NCBI GenBank assembly: GCA_963699155.1
Contig: OY969414.1
Coordinates: 1,195,757-1,259,756 of the forward strand
Reading direction: 5' to 3'
Length of the DNA: 64,000 bases
DNA from: an uncultured Chlamydiales bacterium
GTDB lineage: Bacteria > Chlamydiota > Chlamydiia > Chlamydiales > JAAKFR01
Shown: positions 23,020 through 33,497 of the stretch, piece by piece
How positions within the stretch are numbered: the stretch's first letter is position 1
Layout: each line of letters opens with the position of its first letter
Notes under the pieces: generated by a model
Database searches by the model: none
Told to the model about the DNA's origin: nothing
The model's input: the letters and a program-made list of their open reading frames with translations, nothing else
Position numbers and translations under genes: made by a program

Positions 23020-23192
23020 AACTCAAACCTCATTTTGTTAATTGATTTGAGCGGCCGAAAATGCTGGATAGTGCTGGTTAGATTTTTTTTCACTGTACCG
23101 CATTTGTACCGCAAGACTGAAAACTAGCGAGTTACACTAATTTTTTCAATCTCAATCTTGCTCACAGATGCTCGTCAGTGCTGGATAAAGGT

Positions 23193-23265
23193 TGGGGCAA
23201 CCTGGATTTGAACCAGGGACCGACGGGTTATGAGTCCGCTGCTCTAACCGCTGAGCTATTGCCCC
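23193..23265 (-). tRNA. tRNA with CAT anticodon (likely tRNA-Ile2; Met not excluded)
   Basis: GGGGCAATAGCTCAGCGGTTAGAGCAGCGGACTCATAACCCGTCGGTCCCTGGTTCAAATCCAGGTTGCCCCA folds as a cloverleaf; CCA is not encoded. Confidence 0.93.
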
Positions 23266-23338
23266 GGAGGGGACATGGTAGCGGGGGGCTGTTTTTTTGT
23301 GGAGAAAAAGAGCGGTGGGACGATATAACTCGTTTTTT

Positions 23339-24577
23339 ATGAGACATTGGTTACTTGGTTCTGTGATTTTTTGGTGCGCGGTGGTGGTGGCCGAGGATTG
23401 TAGTGTCTCCAATTATTATTGTAATGATGCGATACCGAGGACAAGAGCTGATAATATTCCGCAAACTCATCTGATCGATATGAGCGACGAGTACCTGACG
23501 GGGTATATCCAGGCTCTCGTCGATATGAATTACTATGAGTTTGAGGTGAGTACCATTGTCAGTGGGGGAGTCGTCTATGTCTTCAATCTGCCGTACAATG
23601 AGGTGATCGCTAATAGTATCTTGTGCTTTATCTATGACATCCCCGGTGTGAGCTCTATCCAGAGAGTCAACTGCCCTCCTGACGATTTCATCTGCGCTCT
23701 GGAAGAATATAACCCTCAAGCTGCACAAAATATCGCGGACTCTCAATCCTATTTGGCCATGTGCGAAAATCCAGCCGATAGTTGCTCGATTCGGGGAATT
23801 TGGTTTCCCCAAAACACAGTGCTCTTTCAGCCGCTCGTCGCCGATCCCAGGCAAGTCACCAATGGTGCTGCGCTACGCTTCAATGACCGTGTCATTGGGA
23901 AACATGTAGGAGCGGTCTTTTTTGGGGATGACTTCATCTTTCTGCGCTTGAAAGATATCTTGTACTGGCGTGGGGACATGGATTTGGGAATTGAGGCGGG
24001 GATTTTTTCTACTTTCCATCTTGATAAACCGAAAGCGTGCATGTTCAACACCGACTTCTATGTAGCAGCGCTGGTCACTTATGCGTTTGACCGCTGGTCT
24101 TTCCGCTTCAGACTCTGGCACCTCTCCTCTCACATCGGTGATGAGTTTCTCATCGCCAATCCTGGTTTCGACCGTCGTAACTTGAGCGATGAAGGGGTCG
24201 ATTTCTTCGCCTCCTATCAGTGGGGCCAAGCGATCCGCCTCTATGCCGGTATCGGAGATATTTTTGACCGTGACAAGGAATTCCCCGAACACCCCTTTTA
24301 CTTGGAGTGGGGTGCTGAAATCCGGGTCTTTGGGGGTAGGGATTGTTTCAATAAACTCTACTTCCAACCCTTCTTGGCCATGCACTTCAGGGCATGGGAA
24401 GAGCACCACTACGATCTCGATCAAAACTATGCGCTGGGCGTGGAGTGGAGCAAAATTCAGGGGATTGGCCGGCGCCTGCGTCTCTTCGTCGAGTACCACA
24501 ATGGCTTCAGCAAAGAAGGACAGTTCTGTAAAGAAAGATGTAGCTACATCGCTCTGAAGACGACCTATGGCTTCTGA
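23339..24577 (+). CDS. DUF1207 family protein (probably exported/outer membrane)
   Basis: Signal-like N-terminus; LFQPLVADPRQ and RLWHLSSHIGDEF motifs; terminal YGF. Confidence 0.8.
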   Translation: MRHWLLGSVIFWCAVVVAEDCSVSNYYCNDAIPRTRADNIPQTHLIDMSDEYLTGYIQALVDMNYYEFEVSTIVSGGVVYVFNLPYNEVIANSILCFIYDIPGVSSIQRVNCPPDDFICALEEYNPQAAQNIADSQSYLAMCENPADSCSIRGIWFPQNTVLFQPLVADPRQVTNGAALRFNDRVIGKHVGAVFFGDDFIFLRLKDILYWRGDMDLGIEAGIFSTFHLDKPKACMFNTDFYVAALVTYAFDRWSFRFRLWHLSSHIGDEFLIANPGFDRRNLSDEGVDFFASYQWGQAIRLYAGIGDIFDRDKEFPEHPFYLEWGAEIRVFGGRDCFNKLYFQPFLAMHFRAWEEHHYDLDQNYALGVEWSKIQGIGRRLRLFVEYHNGFSKEGQFCKERCSYIALKTTYGF

Positions 24578-24580
24578 TGA

Positions 24581-26695
24581 TTACTCTACAATCACAAAGC
24601 CATCTGGATAAATCGGACCCGAACTGCCGATCTGCAGTTTTCCGTTGAAGAAGTCGCTGTAGATACGTAAGCCCTGTTCGGCATTTTGGATACAAAATAA
24701 ACTGTTGCTGACCCATTCCGAACCCTTGATGGTCCCTGCACGGAGATTGCATTGGAAACGATGGGTGATTTTCTCCTTCCAGTAGGCGGGATCGCCAAAA
24801 AGGATAATGGGGCCAAAGGGTCTGCTACCCACTTTGTGGCGTACCTCTTCTAGGGCAAATTCAAAATCGGTGCCGATGCCGCCCATCACAAAGATGGGAA
24901 AGTCGAGATAGAACTCCGCCTGCCTCTCGACGAGCTGATCAAGTCGATAGGTCATCTTGGCTTCGACGTAAGGATTTTGCCTCTGCTCGTTGACCACCAT
25001 GTCGGGGCGAAGTTGGAAATCGACGATATTGGCGCAGGAGAGGATTCCTACCTCTTTAGCCATTCGATTGCCCATCTCCATCGCTCCCGGCCCTCCTCCT
25101 GTCACCAGAGCGAGCGGGGTATTTTTGCCGAGTAATGGGTGATCGACATTTTTTCTTATGTCGAGCATCCCTTGCAGCAGCTTCTTCAGCTCGATTTCAA
25201 AATTGCCTTGCATCAGATTAGAGCCATAGACGCCGAAGAAGGAGGCTTTCTCGAAAACGTCGATCTTATTCAAGGGGACAAACATCCCTGAGGTCTTGCT
25301 AGGACGTTGGATATACTGAAGAATCTGCCCACTCGTCTCATCAGCCCAATAGACAGGGATTCCAAAGGTGACCAGGTCGAGCAGCATGGCGCGGTCTTCT
25401 TGCGAAAAGTAGTAGCCATGGGAGCGTGAAGGAACCTGAAAGTAGAGTCCCATCAAATTGGATTGGACATAATAAGAGAGCAGCATCCGCTTCATCAATG
25501 GCGAGGGAAAATAACGTGTAAACAGAACACCTTGGCTGGTGATCAAACCGCTTTCAATCGCTTTGAGGAATGGGTAACAGGGCTGTTGTTCGATGTAGCG
25601 CTCCACCATGAGCGATTGTCTCACTTTATGGACAATTCCTGGAAAAGGTTGCTGTGGAGGATTGCGGAGGATCCAATCATTGGCAGAGAGAGCCTTCATT
25701 TGGCTCCCTTTGACGATGAAAGTGGCTGCCCGATCTCCAAGCGGTTCTGGAGCTGTTTTGAAGGCATCGAAAATTGCTTGAGGCTTTTCTAGATAGATCT
25801 GGAGCTGATCGCGGTCGGAGAAGAAAACATGCTCACGATGTGGCTCAAGAGTATAAAACTCCAAGGGAATATCGTAGATCTCTTTATCGCTCTTGCCAAA
25901 GAGCTCATAGATATCTCCTGAAGCCTGCGTATCGGGTTGAAGAACGCTGGCAGTCGTGTGTTGATATCCTTTAGGAAGCAGATCAGTCGCCACCCTTGCG
26001 AAAGCTGTGCGGATATGGAGAGGCGCCGAACAGACAAGCAAAATGTCATCAGGAGTGACCATGCGCGGCACATTGGGAACCCATCTTTGATGCAAGCGTA
26101 AGAGGTCTCGAAGGGCCATTTTTGTTTTGAGGGCGCGGCTGATGGTGGGAAGAAACGAATGGATCGAGGACTCAAACTGCATGACTCCCTCACGCAAGCC
26201 CAAAAAGGCGACACTCTTACCATCGATCACTTCGAGTGTCAGCTGCTCACTTCCATGCAACCCTCCAAGAGAGAGCAGGGGACGTCCTTCACGGTCTGAT
26301 CGACCAAACATCCGTGTGAGATAATCAGGGCTTCTCACACGTCTGCGCTCATCGGCAGCAAAGAGTTTTCCGATAAAGGCGCCCGGCGTCAGCAAAGGGA
26401 GCATCTCGCGAGCGAGCGCACCGATCGAGGAAATTTCCACCTTCACATGGGCGCATCCTTTCTCACGGTCAAGGATAATTTCTTTGCCCACGCCATTAAG
26501 GCCCAATTGTGCCAAGAGACTTTTGAAGTTGAACATCACTTGACCAGGATCGATCTGAAACCCGACAAAAACGGGCGAGATATTTTCAATGAGCAGCTCA
26601 GCAACAGAGTGAGTCTCGCTGATGGAAGAAATTTTTTCGATTCTTCCATCAGGAGTGACGAGATCGAAATGTCCGGGATAGAGAAAGCTTGTCAT
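24581..26695 (-). CDS. Large chlamydial LOG-family protein
   Basis: C-terminal TGGGPGAME and MGGIGTDFE motifs. Confidence 0.8.
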   Translation of the reverse strand: MTSFLYPGHFDLVTPDGRIEKISSISETHSVAELLIENISPVFVGFQIDPGQVMFNFKSLLAQLGLNGVGKEIILDREKGCAHVKVEISSIGALAREMLPLLTPGAFIGKLFAADERRRVRSPDYLTRMFGRSDREGRPLLSLGGLHGSEQLTLEVIDGKSVAFLGLREGVMQFESSIHSFLPTISRALKTKMALRDLLRLHQRWVPNVPRMVTPDDILLVCSAPLHIRTAFARVATDLLPKGYQHTTASVLQPDTQASGDIYELFGKSDKEIYDIPLEFYTLEPHREHVFFSDRDQLQIYLEKPQAIFDAFKTAPEPLGDRAATFIVKGSQMKALSANDWILRNPPQQPFPGIVHKVRQSLMVERYIEQQPCYPFLKAIESGLITSQGVLFTRYFPSPLMKRMLLSYYVQSNLMGLYFQVPSRSHGYYFSQEDRAMLLDLVTFGIPVYWADETSGQILQYIQRPSKTSGMFVPLNKIDVFEKASFFGVYGSNLMQGNFEIELKKLLQGMLDIRKNVDHPLLGKNTPLALVTGGGPGAMEMGNRMAKEVGILSCANIVDFQLRPDMVVNEQRQNPYVEAKMTYRLDQLVERQAEFYLDFPIFVMGGIGTDFEFALEEVRHKVGSRPFGPIILFGDPAYWKEKITHRFQCNLRAGTIKGSEWVSNSLFCIQNAEQGLRIYSDFFNGKLQIGSSGPIYPDGFVIVE

Positions 26696-26783
26696 GATTA
26701 TGTTAATTTATCTACTTGTTTAATAATCTAAACTGGTTAAAACTGGTAGGTTATTTTTAACTCGACTTTGAAGGGATGCACCG

Positions 26784-27677
26784 ATGAAATATCCTCGCAG
26801 AGTGGGAGTCCATGATGGCACCTTTCATGCTGATGAAGTCACGGCATGCGCTCTCCTGATTGTCTTTAACTTCGTTGATATCGATAAAATTGTCCGCACA
26901 AGAAACAGTGCCCTACTCACAGAGTGTGAATATGTCTGTGATGTCGGAGGGGTCTACGCACCTTCAGAGAAGCTCTTTGATCACCATCAAGCGAGCTATC
27001 AGGGAGAATTGAGTAGCGCTGGGATGATCCTCGAATATCTCAAAAGTCGGGGGGTAGTGAGTAATGAGGAGTTTCATTTCTTCAACAACTCCCTGGTGAT
27101 CGGAGTTGATGCCCACGATAATGGCCGGGCGCCTCAACTTCCTGGCTTCTGCACCTTTTCCCATATCATCGCTAACTATAACCCTACCTCCTACGAGGCT
27201 TCAGAGGAAGATTTTAATAGATGTTTTCAGGAAGCTCTCCACTTTACCGTCGGTCATCTCAAGCGCCTATATGAGCGCTATCTCTACAACCGCGAATGCC
27301 GCAAGATGGTGAAAGCGGCGATGGAAACAAAAGGTCCTTGTCTCTTTTTTGACCGTCCCATCTCCTGGATCGAGAGTTTCTTCTCACTGAATGGTAAGGA
27401 TCATCCTGCATTTTTTGTCTTGATGCCAGCTAAACAACATTGGAAGTTGAGAGGGATCCCGCCCGATTATGAACGGAGGATGCAAGTCCGTCTCCCACTG
27501 CCCGAAGAGTGGGCTGGTTTACTCGGCGATGAATTAAAAAAAGTCTCTGGTATTTCAGGTGCCATTTTTTGTCATAAGGGCCGTTTTACCTCGGTCTGGG
27601 AAACAAAAGAGGATGCGCTGAAAGCCTTGAAATATGTGTTGAAAAAGGAGGGCATTCACTATGAAGACACTCTTTGA
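26784..27677 (+). CDS. MYG1 family nuclease/hydrolase
   Basis: HDGTFHADE, DVGGVY..FDHHQ, LSSAG, DAHDNG, FCHKGRF. Confidence 0.92.
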   Translation: MKYPRRVGVHDGTFHADEVTACALLIVFNFVDIDKIVRTRNSALLTECEYVCDVGGVYAPSEKLFDHHQASYQGELSSAGMILEYLKSRGVVSNEEFHFFNNSLVIGVDAHDNGRAPQLPGFCTFSHIIANYNPTSYEASEEDFNRCFQEALHFTVGHLKRLYERYLYNRECRKMVKAAMETKGPCLFFDRPISWIESFFSLNGKDHPAFFVLMPAKQHWKLRGIPPDYERRMQVRLPLPEEWAGLLGDELKKVSGISGAIFCHKGRFTSVWETKEDALKALKYVLKKEGIHYEDTL

Positions 27678-27999
27678 AAAAATTATCGACAGGGAACTAC
27701 CCGGTGAGATTGTCTACGAAGACAAGAACATCATTGCCATCAAAGACAAATATCCAAAAGCGCCCGTACATCTCCTCATTGTTCCACGCAAGGTGATCGA
27801 GGATCTGCAATCGCTTCAGGATAAAGATCTGCCTCTGCTCATGGAAATTGTCAAGGTGGCGCAAAAGCTGGCGAAGGAGTTTCAGGTGGATGAAGAGGGG
27901 TATCGGCTCCTCGTTAATAATGGACCTAATGCTGGTCAGTCGATTCCCCACCTCCATTTTCACCTGCTGGGAGGACGGCCGCTAGGGCCGATGGGGTGA
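27661..27999 (+). CDS. HIT family nucleotide-binding protein (HinT-like)
   Basis: AGQSIPHLHFHLLGGR histidine triad. Confidence 0.93.
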   Translation: MKTLFEKIIDRELPGEIVYEDKNIIAIKDKYPKAPVHLLIVPRKVIEDLQSLQDKDLPLLMEIVKVAQKLAKEFQVDEEGYRLLVNNGPNAGQSIPHLHFHLLGGRPLGPMG

Positions 28000-29705
28000 T
28001 GCGAGGCCTTTTTATATTCTCTCTACTGCTGCCGATATTGCTCTGGAGCTCTCCTGTCGATGTGGCGCGTCGCGTCCAGGCCCATCTTCTGATCGGCGAT
28101 ACCAAAGCAGCTTTGAAAGAGGGGAGAGCGGCGGTCGCAGAATACCCTGAGGAGCCATTGGTCTATGCATGGGCGATACGGAGTCTTGCGGCTGCAGGTG
28201 AAGATAGTGAGATGATGGCTCTCTGGGAAAAAATGCATCTCTCTTATGAAAAAGAGGCGCTTGACCAGGATCTCCTCGAAGAGATGTGCTGGGGCATCCT
28301 GAAAAAGGGGAGGAGTGCCCCCGGGCTCTCTTCCCAAATGATCTCTCTGATCGGTGCCGCACTAGGCCAAGATATCAGGGCCCTCCCTTTTTTATTGATG
28401 GGACTCCGCCACACGAATGTCCACCTTAGAGAAGTGGCTGCCGAACTGAGTGCCCACTATGGAGATCAACCGCTTAGAGAAGAGATCGCGCGGATGGTAC
28501 GCGAAGAGACAGTTCTCGATGTGCGTGTGGAGGTGATTAGAGCTGTCGGTCAGCTGCATATGGAAGAGCTCCTTCCCCAGTTGATCCACTCTGTCGCCAA
28601 TCCGAAAACGGGACCGAGAGAAAAACTGGCAGCGATCGAGGCCATCATTCAGATGATGGATAAAATTGGAGCTGATGAGCTCAACCACTTGGCGACCTCT
28701 TCGAGGGCCGGTTTGCGCCAGCTGGCCTGCGAAGTGATCGCCCACTGCGATGCGAAAGAAGAGATCACTCTCCTGAGGCCCCTCCTGACAGACCCCCATC
28801 CTGACGTCTCTGCGGCTGCGATCCATACCTGGGGACTCCTTAGAGAGCCTGTCAATGAGGAGATTCAACAGTTAGCAACAAGAGCTGTCGATCCGAATGT
28901 CGGTATCACAGCGAGCTGGTGCTGGCTGATCGACAAGCCCCAGGAGGCAGAATCTGCCATGGAAAAGTGGCTCACCCACTCTCAAGCAAAAGTGCGGGCT
29001 TTAGCAGCCGGGGCTGTTGCGGCTGCAGGCCCCTACGGTGTGCCACTTGCGATGCGCTTCCTAAAAGAATCGCAGGATTCTTATGTCCGCCTCAATCTAG
29101 CGATCGGTTTAGCCGGTCAGCGCCTTTCGATTCCTGACGTTTGCACAGTACTCGATGATGCCCTGAAAAATCACAAAGAGCGTTGGATGCTTTCCGAAAA
29201 TGGGATTTTTCATACCCTCGAAAAGAGCAGCATCAGCCATAGCCCCAAAGGTCCCAATTATCCCGAAGTGGTCAATCAGTCGGTGCGTCTCGAACTTCTC
29301 AATCTCCTCGCCATTCTGGAGTATCCTTCTGCCCTTGAAACCATCAAACAGTTTCTCAAAGAGCGCAAGTGGGGGTTAACCGGTCTTGCAGCAGAGTCAC
29401 TGTTAGGTGAAGGGGATGAAACAGCTATCGATCTCGTCCGAGAACTTTTGAAAGATCCCGATAGAGAGATCCGCATAGAAGCGGCACTCGTTTTAGCCAG
29501 TTGGGCCAAGGATAACTCTGCCCTTCCCATCCTTATGGAGGCCTACCCCAAATCGGATCGCCAATTGCAGCTCAAAATCTTAGAATCATTAGGCCGCATC
29601 GGGGACAAGGTCAGCCTTCCCTTTTTAATCGAAAGGCTTAAAGAACCCTCTCTGATGATCCGTATGGTCGCCGCCTGCGTCTTGATTCAAACATTAAATC
29701 ACTAA
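27996..29705 (+). CDS. HEAT-repeat protein
   Basis: Signal-like N-terminus; repeated LL.D.D..VR..AA..L motifs. Confidence 0.8.
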   Translation: MMRGLFIFSLLLPILLWSSPVDVARRVQAHLLIGDTKAALKEGRAAVAEYPEEPLVYAWAIRSLAAAGEDSEMMALWEKMHLSYEKEALDQDLLEEMCWGILKKGRSAPGLSSQMISLIGAALGQDIRALPFLLMGLRHTNVHLREVAAELSAHYGDQPLREEIARMVREETVLDVRVEVIRAVGQLHMEELLPQLIHSVANPKTGPREKLAAIEAIIQMMDKIGADELNHLATSSRAGLRQLACEVIAHCDAKEEITLLRPLLTDPHPDVSAAAIHTWGLLREPVNEEIQQLATRAVDPNVGITASWCWLIDKPQEAESAMEKWLTHSQAKVRALAAGAVAAAGPYGVPLAMRFLKESQDSYVRLNLAIGLAGQRLSIPDVCTVLDDALKNHKERWMLSENGIFHTLEKSSISHSPKGPNYPEVVNQSVRLELLNLLAILEYPSALETIKQFLKERKWGLTGLAAESLLGEGDETAIDLVRELLKDPDREIRIEAALVLASWAKDNSALPILMEAYPKSDRQLQLKILESLGRIGDKVSLPFLIERLKEPSLMIRMVAACVLIQTLNH

Positions 29706-29745
29706 AAGGTTTAAAAAATTCTACTGATTTGCCATCTTGGCGTTT

Positions 29746-30936
29746 ATGGCTTGGGATTCCAAGATTGCAGACATTCAGCGTTTACTTGCCGAGCAAAAGG
29801 TCGATGGCTGGCTGCTTTATGACTATCATGGCTCCAACCGTTTTGCGCGGCAGATCCTCTCTATCCCAGCGCATCAGGTTCTGACACGTCCTTTCTTTTA
29901 CTGGATTCCCCGAGAGGGCACCCCTCATAAAATTGTCCACCATATCGAAGCGGATTCTCTCTCGCATCTGCCGGGCACGACCCTGCTCTACCTCTCGCGT
30001 ACAGAACTGGAGAAAAAGCTGAGCGAGCTGCTGAGCGGCGTGAAGAGTCTCTTGATGGAATATTCTCCGCGTGCTCTCAACCCCAATACCTCTGTTGTCG
30101 ATGCGGGGAGTGTGGAAATGGTGCGTGAGATGGGTGTCGAGGTGAGAAGCTCTGCCGATCTACTGCAGCAGTTTACAAGCGTCTTGACTGAAGAGCAGAT
30201 TCAGACCCATTTAGAGGCTGCAAGGGTTCTCATCGCCACTGTGGCAAAGGCTTGGGATCTGATCGTTGAATGCCTCCGCCACGATCAGATCATTACCGAA
30301 TATGAGGTACAGCAATGGATTTTGAGCGAATTTGCCGCCCAAAAGTGCCTCACAGAGGAGGGGCCGATCTGTGCCGTCAATGTCCATACCGCCCAGCCCC
30401 ACTACTCAGCAACCAGAGAAAGTGCTCTCAGAATCACACAAGGAGATTTTATCCTCATCGATCTCTGGTGTAAAAGGGATCTCCCGGATGCCATCTATGC
30501 CGATATCACCCGTGTGGGGGTTGCAGCAGCAGAGCCTACGCCTCGTCAACAACAGATCTTTGATATCGTAAAAAATGCGCAACAAAAAGGGATCGACTTT
30601 GTGCGGAGCAAAATAGCGGCAAAAGAGCAGTTACGCGGCTCTGATGTCGATGATGTCTGTCGCCAAACGATCCAGGAGGCTGGCTTTGGGCCCTATTTTA
30701 CCCATCGCACCGGTCACAATATCGACAGGCAAGTTCATGGCGCGGGAGCCAATCTAGACAATTTAGAGACCAGAGATCACCGCCCCCTTTTGCCCAATAT
30801 GTGTTTTTCGATAGAGCCTGGCATCTATCTGCCAGGGGAATTTGGGATTCGTTTGGAATCCGATCTGCTCATCTTACAGGGTGGCTCTGTCCAAGTGACG
30901 GGTGGGCAGGAAGAGAATATTATTTGTTTGTTGTAG
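29746..30936 (+). CDS. M24 family metallopeptidase (Xaa-Pro peptidase-like)
   Basis: LIDLW..YADITR, HRTGH, FSIEPGIY, GIRLE. Confidence 0.9.
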   Translation: MAWDSKIADIQRLLAEQKVDGWLLYDYHGSNRFARQILSIPAHQVLTRPFFYWIPREGTPHKIVHHIEADSLSHLPGTTLLYLSRTELEKKLSELLSGVKSLLMEYSPRALNPNTSVVDAGSVEMVREMGVEVRSSADLLQQFTSVLTEEQIQTHLEAARVLIATVAKAWDLIVECLRHDQIITEYEVQQWILSEFAAQKCLTEEGPICAVNVHTAQPHYSATRESALRITQGDFILIDLWCKRDLPDAIYADITRVGVAAAEPTPRQQQIFDIVKNAQQKGIDFVRSKIAAKEQLRGSDVDDVCRQTIQEAGFGPYFTHRTGHNIDRQVHGAGANLDNLETRDHRPLLPNMCFSIEPGIYLPGEFGIRLESDLLILQGGSVQVTGGQEENIICLL

Positions 30937-30949
30937 TTGAGGTTAGATA

Positions 30950-32098
30950 ATGAAACTAAAAATCATGTTGCTCGCAGCTCTCCTCTTCATCCCCCAGATG
31001 GCCCCTGCCTATTATGTTTACCACCCCTGCTGCCGTTCTAATGGTTGGTGGGCCGACATCGATTACTTGGTCCTCTGGAGAAAAAAACGGTTTTATCCTC
31101 CTCTTGTCACCTCAAACCCGACTCTTCTCCCCGCTCTTGGAGCGCCTGGAACGCAGATACTGTTTGGGAATGAAAAGGTAGGCGGCAAAGCAAAATCGGG
31201 CTTCAATATCGATGTGGGAGCCTGGATGAATCCCTGTCTCGCCTTGGGGACAGGCTTTCTCATTATTGCTGACGAACCAGTCAAATTTGACATCAAGGGT
31301 AATGGAGTCGGACAGCCGATTTTTGGTCGCCCCTTCTTTAATACGATTTCAGGGTTAGAAGATGTAGATGAGATCTCTTTTCCTCTCAGCGCGGTGAACG
31401 GAGAGATCAACATCGATACCTTCAATCGGGCGCTCGATTATGATCTCTATGCCCGTTGGCGCTTCGGGAAAACCCCCAGCCTTAAACTCGATTTTTTGCT
31501 TGGCTTCGATTACAACCAAGTCAAAGACAATCTGACCATCTCGACCAAATCGACAACTCCTTTAGTTCCGATCGGCCCCACTGTGGAAACCGTGAAGGAT
31601 CTCTTCAAGTGCAGAAATGAGTTTTATGGTGGCCTTGTCGGAGCGATCGCAGAGTGGAGGACCAAAAATTGGGCATTCATGTTCACCGGGAAACTGGGTA
31701 TCGGTAATATGCGTAAAACGGTGGAGATCAGAGGTGACACGACGTTGATCAACACCCTCCTTTTTAATGGATCGACCACCATTCCTGTTGGGCTTTTAGC
31801 CCAAACCTCAAACATTGGTGAAACGAAACATAACAAATTTGAAGTGGTGCCTCAATTCCATGCCAATTTCCAGTGGCATGTTTGCGACTGGTGTGGCCAA
31901 ATATGGCTCAATGTGGGCTACATGTATATGTACTGGCCCTCAGTTGTTTTAGCCGGTGATCAGGTCGATCTCAACATTAACCTCGATCAGCCACCTCTGG
32001 TCAATCCCGGTATCGGCCTTCCTTCGCCCCCACAACGCCAGAATAATACCAATTTTTGGATGCAGGGTCTGACCGCCGGTATTTACGTTTGTTACTAA
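30950..32098 (+). CDS. Outer-membrane beta-barrel, BBP7-like
   Basis: Signal peptide; DYLVLW..PPLVT, RPFFN, NEFYGG, GLLAQ.SNIG, GDQVDL and FWMQGL motifs; aromatic C-terminus. Confidence 0.7.
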   Translation: MKLKIMLLAALLFIPQMAPAYYVYHPCCRSNGWWADIDYLVLWRKKRFYPPLVTSNPTLLPALGAPGTQILFGNEKVGGKAKSGFNIDVGAWMNPCLALGTGFLIIADEPVKFDIKGNGVGQPIFGRPFFNTISGLEDVDEISFPLSAVNGEINIDTFNRALDYDLYARWRFGKTPSLKLDFLLGFDYNQVKDNLTISTKSTTPLVPIGPTVETVKDLFKCRNEFYGGLVGAIAEWRTKNWAFMFTGKLGIGNMRKTVEIRGDTTLINTLLFNGSTTIPVGLLAQTSNIGETKHNKFEVVPQFHANFQWHVCDWCGQIWLNVGYMYMYWPSVVLAGDQVDLNINLDQPPLVNPGIGLPSPPQRQNNTNFWMQGLTAGIYVCY

Positions 32099-32127
32099 CC
32101 CCCTCTTTCCTATAGAATCTTCTCCTC

Positions 32128-33348
32128 ATGGAAAAGAAAGGATCTGTTTTATCAGCGACGCTTCTCGTTGCGGGGACATGCATTGGGGGAGGAATGTTAG
32201 CCCTACCTGTCGCCACTGGGGCTTCCGGTTTCTTTCCCTCCTTCCTTCTGATTCTTGTCGGCTGGGCTTTCATGACTACCACGGCACTTTTTCTTGCAGA
32301 GGTCAATCTCTGGATGGAACCAGGCGTTCACGTCATTGGAATGGCTTCGCGCTTTTTAGGACCACTCGGAAAGGCAGCCGCATGGATTCTCTACCTCTTT
32401 ATCGGATATGCCTCCCTAGTTGCCTATACGGCCGGTGGTGGAGAGCTCTTTGCAGCGGGTATAAAAAAGGTTTTAGGCATCGATCTCTCCCATACTACTG
32501 CACTCGTTCTCTTTGTGGTCATTTTTGGGACCATCATCTATTTGGGCAATACCATCGTCGGACGTGTCAACACCGTTTTAATGTTTGGATTGATCATTTC
32601 CTATATTTTATTGATTGGCATCGGATTGCCCTATGTGCAGTGGAGACATCTCCTTAGAGGCTCCTTTGGCAATAGTTTGATCGCCATTCCGCTCCTGTTG
32701 ACCATCTTTAGCTTCCAGACCATTGTCCCCAGCTTGACGATCTACTTGAAGCAGGATGCAAGAGCGCTGCGCCGCTCGATCATCTATGGAACGACATTTG
32801 CCTTAGTGATCTATATCTTGTGGCAATTGCTCGTTCTCGGAACTGTACTCTATGAGGGTGATCAAGGTTTAGCAGCCGCTCTCGCACAAGGTAAACCGGC
32901 AACTGAGTTTCTTGGGTCGGCGGTTGCAAACCCGTGGCTAGGGATGATTGCCGACTTTTTTGCTTTCTTTGCACTCGTCACCTCCTTTTTAGGCATCGCC
33001 CTCGGTTTGTTCGATTTCCTAGCCGATGGCTTAAAAATTAAACGGACCCATTTGGGAAATATAGCGCTCGGCTTTTTGGTCGCGCTGCCCACACTCTTTT
33101 TCGCACTGACGTTGGAGAGATGTTTCTTCATTGCGCTCGATAGCTCCGGAGGCATCGGTGATGCTCTTCTCAATGGACTCTTTCCCGGGCTCATGCTCTG
33201 GATAGGAAGGTACCGGGATCAATTGCCCTCCGAGTATAAAACTCCGGGAGGGAAGCCTCTCGTCATTGCCATTATCATCTATGCCCTCTTTGTCTTTACT
33301 GTTGAGATGTTAGGAAAGTTTGGCTTCATCGTCTCATTAGGTGGATAA
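32128..33348 (+). CDS. Aromatic amino acid permease (HAAAP, TyrP/Mtr family)
   Basis: LLVAGTCIGGGMLALP, FALVTSFLG..LGLFDFLAD; many TM helices. Confidence 0.9.
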   Translation: MEKKGSVLSATLLVAGTCIGGGMLALPVATGASGFFPSFLLILVGWAFMTTTALFLAEVNLWMEPGVHVIGMASRFLGPLGKAAAWILYLFIGYASLVAYTAGGGELFAAGIKKVLGIDLSHTTALVLFVVIFGTIIYLGNTIVGRVNTVLMFGLIISYILLIGIGLPYVQWRHLLRGSFGNSLIAIPLLLTIFSFQTIVPSLTIYLKQDARALRRSIIYGTTFALVIYILWQLLVLGTVLYEGDQGLAAALAQGKPATEFLGSAVANPWLGMIADFFAFFALVTSFLGIALGLFDFLADGLKIKRTHLGNIALGFLVALPTLFFALTLERCFFIALDSSGGIGDALLNGLFPGLMLWIGRYRDQLPSEYKTPGGKPLVIAIIIYALFVFTVEMLGKFGFIVSLGG

Positions 33349-33497
33349 ATGAAACCGGAATTGGTCGAAGCCTTGAAAACCCTTCTCTAAAAAGGGAAGC
33401 CAACTCCCCACCCTCCTCAATAAAATCAATCTCTCCTCAAGGGATAATAAAAAAAGTGACAACGAAATAATTTTCTCAAAATAAGGAGAATGAATAG

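Larger units (their letters stand above)
1..23192 (-). mobile_element. tRNA-integrated phage-like/satellite-like genomic island (left boundary not seen; best-supported core 12361-23192)
   Basis: Integrase starts ~170 bp beyond the 3' end of tRNA(CAT), followed on the same strand by HTH, helicase, primase, TerS and TerL. Core chlamydial genes resume right of the tRNA. No second att copy was found by eye, so including 1-12.3 kb is inference. Confidence 0.7.

Noticed and set aside
1..23192. Second att site (direct repeat of the tRNA 3' end)
   Set aside because: Not found by eye in the window, so the left boundary is not called.
23152..23412. 86-aa ORF overlapping the tRNA
   Set aside because: It is a translation of the tRNA(CAT) gene and the antisense of the DUF1207 start.
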